A stretch of DNA of 64,000 bases from Promethearchaeota archaeon (lineage in GTDB: Archaea; Asgardarchaeota; Lokiarchaeia; Sigyniarchaeales; SOKP01), in assembly GCA_029838195.1 (NCBI GenBank), contig JALGVJ010000024.1, positions 1 to 64,000 of the forward strand. The letters run 5' to 3'. Each line of letters begins with the position of its first letter. The first letter of the stretch is position 1. Under the pieces are notes generated by a model. It was not told the origin of the DNA, made no database searches, and was given only the letters and a program-made list of their open reading frames with translations. Below, one piece after another: positions 61,729-64,000 of this stretch. Made by a program: the position numbers and the translations under genes.

Positions 61729-62973
61729 ATGTTAATGGACTTGCTTTTGGTTCTTTTTATTTTAGGAATTGTTGTTTTAACTTTAGGTGTTCTTTTAGAG
61801 AAGACTATTAAAATGCCTTGGATGTTTAGTTTGGTTATTTTTGGAATGATTATATCCCCTTTTAATTTCTTTCCTGAAACTGTAAATTCACCAGAATTTA
61901 AGTTCATTTCTCAATTAGGAATGTTAGGATTTCTTTTCCTTATAGGATTAAATTTAAACCTTGAAAAGATAAAAAAACTTGGAGGATATATTCTTTTTAC
62001 CACAATTTCTTTAGCTTTAACCGAAGTGACTATCATTGCTATGATAATATATTTCTTTTTCCCGGCTGATGTGAGTTATTCATTACCAATTGCCATATTA
62101 GTAGGCTATGGATTTGGGACAATTGGAGAAGTGGTATTGCTTGCAATTTTGATGGAATTTAAAATCGAACATACCAAATTTGGGCAAATTACTCTTGGTA
62201 CGGGAGTATTCGATGACATCATAGAAATTTTTCTTCTGGCAAGTTTAGCGGTCTTACCTGAATTAAGCGCAAATTCGGAGGTAAGTAACATCAGTAATTT
62301 CCTTTTTGTATTAATTAATCTAGGGAGTTTGATTTTACTTCTTTTTATCAATATAAAAATAGGAAAACGCTTAAAGTCATATCTCAAAGAAAAAAGTAAT
62401 AAATTGCCATCTTATATCATGCCATTTATGATCTTGTCTGTCCTATTTTTATATTGTGTTTTTGGTGGAATTACTTCTGAGAATTTAGGATTCGTCGGGG
62501 CAGTATTTGGTGGAATTGCAATAAAAGCAATGCTACCAGAAAGGATGTTAGAGAAACATCATAATTTGATTAGATATGGGTTCATGTTCATAATTTCTCC
62601 TGCTTTCTTTTTCAGTATGGGATATCATATCTCTTTGTTTGCTATATTAGTTGCTCCTTTGCTTATCATTGGAATAGTGGCAATTTCTTTAAGTGTACGT
62701 GTTTCAGGCTCAACTCTCATATATAGAAAGATTTTAGGTACAAAAGAGGCTGCCCTTTTAGGTGTAGGGCTATGTGCAAAATTTAGCACGAGTATTATTA
62801 TTTTGACAATTCTCTATAATTCAGGACTCTTATCAGAATTCATGTTTTCCGTGCTCATGGGCGCTTTTTTAATAATGAAACCCATTATCGTAATAATCTA
62901 CTCTAAGGGTGTTTCGAAATATCTGGCTCCTAAAGTAAAAAATGAATTAATAAAAAATGGAGGTGTTGTTTAA
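61729..62973 (+). CDS. cation:proton antiporter (CPA2)
   Basis: LFLIGL, GVFDDI, ~12 TM helices. Confidence 0.88.
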   Translation: MLMDLLLVLFILGIVVLTLGVLLEKTIKMPWMFSLVIFGMIISPFNFFPETVNSPEFKFISQLGMLGFLFLIGLNLNLEKIKKLGGYILFTTISLALTEVTIIAMIIYFFFPADVSYSLPIAILVGYGFGTIGEVVLLAILMEFKIEHTKFGQITLGTGVFDDIIEIFLLASLAVLPELSANSEVSNISNFLFVLINLGSLILLLFINIKIGKRLKSYLKEKSNKLPSYIMPFMILSVLFLYCVFGGITSENLGFVGAVFGGIAIKAMLPERMLEKHHNLIRYGFMFIISPAFFFSMGYHISLFAILVAPLLIIGIVAISLSVRVSGSTLIYRKILGTKEAALLGVGLCAKFSTSIIILTILYNSGLLSEFMFSVLMGAFLIMKPIIVIIYSKGVSKYLAPKVKNELIKNGGVV

Positions 62974-62976
62974 CAC

Positions 62977-63612
62977 GTGGATCATGAGTATGAAAAAATT
63001 AATGAAAAAAAATATGAGGAGATTCACAAAAGAAGAAATGACTCGTTTGTAAAAGTTGCGGAATTTGGTGAAGCTATTTTAAATAGTGTTCAATTCAAAA
63101 ATTTAGAATTATCTGATGAAATTCCCCAAGATCTTGAAGCTAAGAAACTACTCATTTTATATGAAAAAAGATTATCTTTTTTAAAAATATCTTTCAATCC
63201 TAAATTAATGGAAGAGTTAAGTATTTTACAAGATAAAACCTTAAAAAATAAATGGAATCAAGCTTTAATGAAATTACAGCAAGAATTCATAGAATTATTA
63301 AGAATGTCGAATTATATTATAAGTGGAATCATGGGAAGGGATTCATTCGTAAATGATTCTGACGATTTAGTGACGATATCTGAGAATCCATTTTCAGAAA
63401 ATGATCCCCATCATCATCTATTTAAGAGCAAAACTAAAAGCAAAGATGAAGAATTAGCATGGTCAATATTAATGTCGAAAGAGTTCCGTGAGGGAAATAC
63501 TCAGCTAAAAAAGAATTTAATTTTAAAATGCAACCAAAAAATTAATTTTGTTTTAAAAATAAATCATGCGGCGCTATGCTCACCTCCTATAAGGTGTTTT
63601 TGTGGAAGATAA
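62977..63612 (+). CDS. hypothetical protein
   Basis: 211-aa ORF in operon position; the C-terminus may be a degenerate Zn ribbon. Confidence 0.5.
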   Translation: MDHEYEKINEKKYEEIHKRRNDSFVKVAEFGEAILNSVQFKNLELSDEIPQDLEAKKLLILYEKRLSFLKISFNPKLMEELSILQDKTLKNKWNQALMKLQQEFIELLRMSNYIISGIMGRDSFVNDSDDLVTISENPFSENDPHHHLFKSKTKSKDEELAWSILMSKEFREGNTQLKKNLILKCNQKINFVLKINHAALCSPPIRCFCGR

Positions 63613-63732
63613 TGAATTTTTTCCTAAAAAAATGCAAGAAATTTAATTAAAAATAAATTCAAACGATAAAATTATTTATGTTTCTAAGTACATTAAAAAT
63701 TTTTAATAAAACTAAAAAAGTGAGAAGAAATA

Positions 63733-64000
63733 ATGGAAGAGAAAATATTAGTAAGAAATTTTGAAATCAAAGAGATTTTACCTTGTCTAACAACGCCAGG
63801 ATATATTAGATTTGTTGCGCAAGCAGATAATAGACTTGATGATGTAATACCTATAATTTTCATACAAACACCACCAGGGAAAGCTAATTACATCCAAAAG
63901 GATAATACTTTAACTTTGCGCATGTTTAATCGAAATGTAACGCTTTTTGCTTCCGGAAAAATTGGAGTAACTAATACCCCCGATGTAAATGCGGCTAAAG
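63733..64000 (+). CDS. conserved putative metal/Fe-S-binding protein, partial (runs off the window)
   Basis: MEEKILVRNFEIKEILPCLTTPGYIRFVAQADNRLDDVIP...TLFASGKIGVTN. Confidence 0.75.
   Translation, partial: MEEKILVRNFEIKEILPCLTTPGYIRFVAQADNRLDDVIPIIFIQTPPGKANYIQKDNTLTLRMFNRNVTLFASGKIGVTNTPDVNAAK

Noticed and set aside
2264-62387. Many short antisense or overlapping ORFs in the track (e.g. 2617, 5669, 14361, 25507, 34538, 57906)
   Set aside because: They are shadows of well-supported genes or low-complexity AT-rich frames without motifs.

Overview
AT-rich archaeal DNA, most likely from an Asgard (Lokiarchaeia-like) anaerobe. That assignment is an inference from the BHB-intron tRNA, AOR, FrhB, DUF2240 and the style of the lineage-specific proteins. 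Bases 1-43 kb hold anaerobic metabolism: tRNA-His, aldehyde:ferredoxin oxidoreductase, an SCP2-fused glycyl-radical enzyme with its activase, an acyl-CoA ligase, transporters, a 2-oxoacid:ferredoxin oxidoreductase operon coupled to an FrhB-PyrK fusion, LutAB-like genes and a GH4. Bases 43-64 kb are an accessory arsenic/metal/thiol-redox island (3 ArsR, 3 Lrp/AsnC, Acr3, ArsP-like permease, 5 DGC-domain proteins including a DGC-GcvH fusion) with an N-terminally extended HisS and several decayed genes. Main discovery: two protein-coding genes are each interrupted inside a conserved motif by a short insertion that folds into a canonical bulge-helix-bulge (BHB) splice motif. These are an LsrF-like aldolase (30-nt insert, 21989-22018) and the gamma subunit of the 2-oxoacid oxidoreductase (29-nt insert, 31812-31840). 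Cutting at the BHB-predicted sites exactly restores DHG|YFG and GFGGQ|GVI. This points to tRNA-endonuclease-type mRNA introns in ordinary metabolic genes. All calls are from manual reading; no searches were run.
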